NCBI RefSeq assembly: GCF_046119375.1
Contig: NW_027362762.1
Span: 67,146,001-67,210,000 of the forward strand
DNA from: Phyllobates terribilis
Lineage: Eukaryota
Length of the DNA stretch: 64,000 bases
Direction: 5' to 3'
Positions within the stretch are counted from its first letter, which is position 1. Each line of letters begins with the position of its first letter. The notes beneath the pieces were generated by a model that worked only from the letters and a program-made list of their open reading frames with translations, was not told the origin of the DNA and did not search any database. Of the stretch, positions 61,001 through 64,000 are shown piece after piece. Position numbers and translations under genes: made by a program.

Positions 61001-61421
61001 ATCTCCAATCCAGCAGAGGCAGGGGAACACTGTCAACATACTGGGACAGTTTTCTGAGACCCGCCCAGCTTACAGGCCCTGAGGCGCGGGGTACTCTCAC
61101 AATAAGTGGAAAGTTTCAAAAGATGGTGAGGGATTAATGCTGCCGACCATACCAGCGTACTCCGTGATTCCCCTGTGCCTTTTAATTATTGAGTATCCAA
61201 GCTGGACACTTGGAATGAACTCGCTCTGTACGCCTTGGAGGTCCTGGCCTGCCCTGCCGCTAGCGTGTTATCGGAGCGTGTTTTTAGTGCCGCTGGGGGA
61301 ATTATAACTGATAAGCGCACTTGCCTGTCAGCTGACAATGCTGACAAGCTGACCCTTATCAAAATGAACAAGAGCTGGATTGGGCCAGACTTCTCATCGC
61401 CACCAAATAACAGCAGAGTAA
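58081..61421 (+). pseudogene. hAT C transposase with BED finger; frameshifts and stops
   Basis: WNFF/...CTTCHASIS...RHMAAKH; HLTMDTWTS; CDNGHNL; LAHVLNLVV; CDVPIRWNSTLHML; CPAASVLSERVFSAAG...IKMN. Confidence 0.93.
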
Positions 61422-61616
61422 CAAAGTCAAATCCACTGTGTTTTTTCGGGAGGTGTATTCACATGCACCGCTTCACACCCACACATGGGTATACGCTTCC
61501 TCATTTCGGCTGTTTTACGTTCTTCTCCTTATCCTCAGCCTCCACCACCACTATACCATCAGGGTGACCGTGGTCTGTGTTGCCATTATTGAAAGTTCCT
61601 CCGTCCTTATTTTTGT

Positions 61617-62908
61617 CAGCTTTTGCTTGGAAGGCATAAGCAAAGACTGTGGGAGACCCACTCCCCAATAATGGGAATAATATTTTTAAGATGCTGTATT
61701 GTATGGCTCTTGTAAGGGGCATTGCAAATTCCTCCCTCCTAATTTTTGGCAGCTTTTGCTTGGAAGGCATAAGCAAATACTATGGGAGACCCACTCCCCA
61801 ATAACGGGAATAATGTTTGTAATATGCTGTACTGCATGGCTCTTGTAAGGGGCATTGCAAGTTCCTCCGTCCTAATTTTTGGCAGCTTTTGTTTGGAAGG
61901 CATAAGCAAAGACTATGGGAGACACACTCCCCAATAATGGGAATAATGTTTTTAAGATGTTGTACTGTATGGCTGTTGTAAGGGGCATTAAAAGCGTCTT
62001 GTTAAGCTACTGCGACCTCCACCACTTTTTCAAGGGGCATTAAAAGCGTCTTGTTAAGCTACTGGGACCTCCACGTCTCTTCTGAGGGGCATTTAAAGCA
62101 TCTTGTTAAGCTACTGGGACCTCCACCACTTTTCCGAGGGGCATTAAAAGCGTCTTGTTAAGCTACTGGGACCTCCACGTCTCTTCTGAGGGGCATTAAA
62201 AGTGTGTTGCTATACCACTCTGACCTTCATGTCTCTTCTGAGGGGCATTAAAAGCGTGTTGTTATACCACTCTGACCTCCACGTCTCTTCTGAGGGGCAT
62301 TAAAAGCATGTCGTTATACCACTCTGACCTCCACATCTCTTCTGAGGGGCATTAAAAGCGTCTTGTTAAGCTACTGTGACCTCCACGTCTCTTCTGAGGG
62401 GCATTAAAACCGTCTTGTTATACCACTCTGACCTCCACGTCTCTTCTGAGGGCCATCAAAAGCATGTTGTCATACCACTCTGACCTCCACGTCTCTTCTG
62501 AAGGGCATTAAAAGCGTGTTGTTATACCACTCTGACCTCCACGTCTGTTCTGAGGGGCATTAAAAGCATCTTGCAAAGCTACTGTGACCTCCACGTCTCT
62601 TCTGAGGGGCATTAAAAGCGTGTTGTTATACCACTCTGACCTCCACGTCTCTTCTGAGGGGCATTAAAAGAGTCTTGTTAAGCTACTGTGACCTCCAAGT
62701 TTCTTCTGAGGAGCATTAAAACCGTCTTGTTATACCACTCTGACCTCCACGTCTCTTCTGAGGGGCATTAAAAGCGTGTTGTTATACCACTCTTACCTCC
62801 ACGTCTCTTCTGAGGGGCATTAAAAGCGTGTTGTTATACCACTCTTACCTCCACGTCACTTCTGAGGGGTATTAAAAGCGTTTTGTTATTCCGCTCTGAC
62901 CTCCACGT
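61617..62908. repeat. 133-bp x3 array followed by ~52-bp x ~18 array, 3' of hAT C transposase
   Basis: CAGCTTTTG-TTGGAAGGCATAAGC at 133-bp spacing; AGGGGCATTAAAAGC at 61981, 62033, 62085 and onward. Confidence 0.93.
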
Positions 62909-63652
62909 CAGAGTTGAGGGGGCAGAGGAGCATCATAGGTTCACCCCGTGTATACAAACTGGACTCAGGGTCCTTTATACCCAATAGGGATCTCCGGCAT
63001 TCCAGGAGAACTACAAGTCCCTGGCTGACCTGAAGCTAGACCCACACAGGACCAGGAACCACGAAGGCCCCGACGACCTGGGATAGTGGTTGCCAGCAGA
63101 AGGTCCTACTACCAAGCGACAGGTGAAGGAACAGCACGACACATAAGCTAGGCCCAGTTGCAGGCTGGCCAGGAGCATACAAAGAGGCAGACACGGACCA
63201 GGAGGCCTTATACCCGCTCACTGGGGAGAAGTCCTGAAGTGCACCCATCCTACTGAGTACCCTGGACCATACCTGACATCCGCACCAGTAAAGGTATTGA
63301 ACCGAATCCCCTGTCTCTGTCAGTTACTCCTGCTGCGCCATCTGCACTACAAGTCCCAGCATCACCACCATCAAACTCCACACTGCCCCGGGTGCCCACT
63401 CCACCTGTGGGGAGCAGAAACACCTCAGCTGCCATCCCATCACCCCCCGGAGGTCTGCAGCAGCGCTGGTAAACCTTACCAGGTACCACAGGTGGCATCA
63501 CGAACTATTTATTTATTTTTCTATCCAAGTTATAATCCCCTTTTTGGTTGACCGCCCTGGGCCATGGACCGGGCCAGTCACTGTGACCTATCCCCCACCA
63601 GCATCAATAGGCCCGGCTGCCGAGTACCCCATTGCCCCGGGGGCACGTCACA
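62909..63652 (+). mobile_element. 3' part of a family-B LTR
   Basis: Aligns to 53333-54092, ends GCACGTCACA; no TSD match to the 53020 flank (CAAA vs TACT). Confidence 0.85.
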
Positions 63653-64000
63653 TACTGGCCGCCCAATGTGGTGGCCCGATTTGTCTCCCCCGGCAGCTGC
63701 ATTCTGCCGCCCCCCGGACCGGGAGTTGGCAGTTCTTTGAGCAGGGCGTCAAGCTGACACCCAGCTTAGAGAAGCTGCAGCGTGCCGGCTCCCAGAGTTG
63801 AAGCTCTGGCCTCAGGGTCAGAGCGACGCCAGCAGCATGATCAGGTCATCTGATCCTGCTGCTGACATCACTCATCGGCGCTGCAGCTTCAGAGGCGCCC
63901 ATTGGTGGAAAGTGCTCTATGCTTCAGAGCTGAAGACACCAAAGATGGAATGGAGGTGAAGATTCATTGTGGGAGTGATTTACTAGAGGGGGTGATTAAT

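Larger units (their letters stand above)
56240..62908 (+). mobile_element. hAT element C, right terminus missing
   Basis: Left TIR TAGTGTTGAGCGAGCATGCTCG, subterminal arrays, transposase; runs directly into an LTR fragment at 62909. Confidence 0.9.

Noticed and set aside
53016-63656. 53020 and 63652 as the two ends of one intact Gypsy insertion
   Set aside because: Flanks CAAA and TACT do not form a TSD and the PPT and start of the 3' LTR are missing; same-insertion status cannot be shown.

Overview
Eukaryotic, vertebrate-type DNA made almost entirely of nested transposable elements. The repeat repertoire (TTAA-flanked T2/Kolobok-type MITEs, TAGTGTTGAGCG/TAGAGATGAGCG hATs, DD37E Tc1, CR1, L2, tRNA-Ser-primed Gypsy) suggests an anuran (frog) genome; this is inference. 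Main structures: (1) scattered minus-strand exon-like segments with cadherin-repeat motifs (2.55-5.4 kb, 26.8 kb, possibly a signal-peptide exon at 51.8 kb), most carrying stops or frameshifts, i.e. a probably disabled cadherin-superfamily gene; (2) a two-LTR Gypsy lacking integrase (19770-26324); (3) a 15.4-kb hAT with a perfect 8-bp TSD (29284-44663) containing an 18S rRNA fragment, an L1 fragment, a DD37E Tc1, a solo LTR, two related 110-bp arrays and a 5.7-kb non-autonomous derivative with the same ends that is a palindrome of palindromes; (4) a 5'-truncated CR1 with an uninterrupted 929-aa ORF2; (5) a second Gypsy interrupted by a hAT with subterminal tandem arrays. The most unusual signals are an LTR-internal second copy of the primer-binding site whose sequence tracks the primer tRNA of each family, the rRNA fragment inside the hAT, the nested palindrome, and two cases of independent insertions at nearly the same homologous position. 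No CRISPR array, tRNA gene or intact host gene can be supported. All alignments and identities were made by eye.
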